A stretch of DNA of 63,404 nucleotides, the filler included, from Scyliorhinus canicula (lineage: Eukaryota): the NCBI RefSeq assembly GCF_902713615.1. It is 4 parts of 4 records of this genome, joined end to end, with 100 filler letters (N's around TTAATTAATTAA, not from the genome) between each part and the next. Parts side by side here need not be neighbours in the genome. Positions count along the whole stretch, not along the records: positions 58,319 to 63,404 come from NW_024056015.1; 3 more parts are not named here. One strand, given 5' to 3'. Position numbers and translations under genes: made by a program. The first letter of the stretch is position 1; each line of letters starts with the position of its first letter. Shown piece by piece: positions 63,225-63,404 of this stretch. A model generated the notes under the pieces. That model saw only the letters and a list, made by a program, of their open reading frames with translations. It had not been told where the DNA came from and made no database searches.

Positions 63225-63232
63225 TGACGTCA
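63225..63232. promoter_or_regulatory. CRE palindrome in V promoter
   Basis: TGACGTCA 150 bp upstream of the minus-strand ATG, near ATTGG. Confidence 0.6.
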
Positions 63233-63404
63233 GCTGTTGACGAATCACTGTTGAGGAATAAATACAGCTGGCTTTCCCCAATCATACCACATCCATGATT
63301 ATGCTTTTCCGTCCTCCCTCACTTGCTGTCTCATATTACCAGTCATTCTGTCTCTTTCTCGCTTCAGCTCACTTTACTTAGAAATTAAAATATAGACAGA
63401 TGGA

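Overview
Cartilaginous-fish (shark-like) genomic DNA from the variable region of a T-cell receptor alpha/delta locus. It consists of four contigs joined by three artificial N-gaps that carry a TTAATTAATTAA linker. I find ten V segments in mixed orientations. Three TCR alpha/delta-type V genes look intact (4192-4686 +, 32779-33255 -, 58630-60047 +). One open-frame V has lost its first Cys and its conserved Trp, five are V pseudogenes, and one is an IgH-like V whose leader intron is interrupted by an LTR. Three kinds of non-immune passenger sit among the V genes: an intact two-exon GPR139/142-like class A GPCR (21384-25051); an ~18 kb tandem and fold-back array of a ~2.3 kb unit carrying tRNA-Val, tRNA-Arg, tRNA-Val and a Penelope-element 3' fragment (11 Val and 4 Arg copies); and a near-perfect tRNA-Asp gene nested antisense in the leader intron of an intact V gene. 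The rest is CR1-type and Rex1/Babar LINE fragments, V-SINEs and a second tRNA-derived SINE, Penelope ends with minimal hammerhead ribozyme motifs, and a degenerate DNA transposon. No convincing D, J or C exon was found. All alignments and folds were done by eye, and repeat boundaries are approximate.
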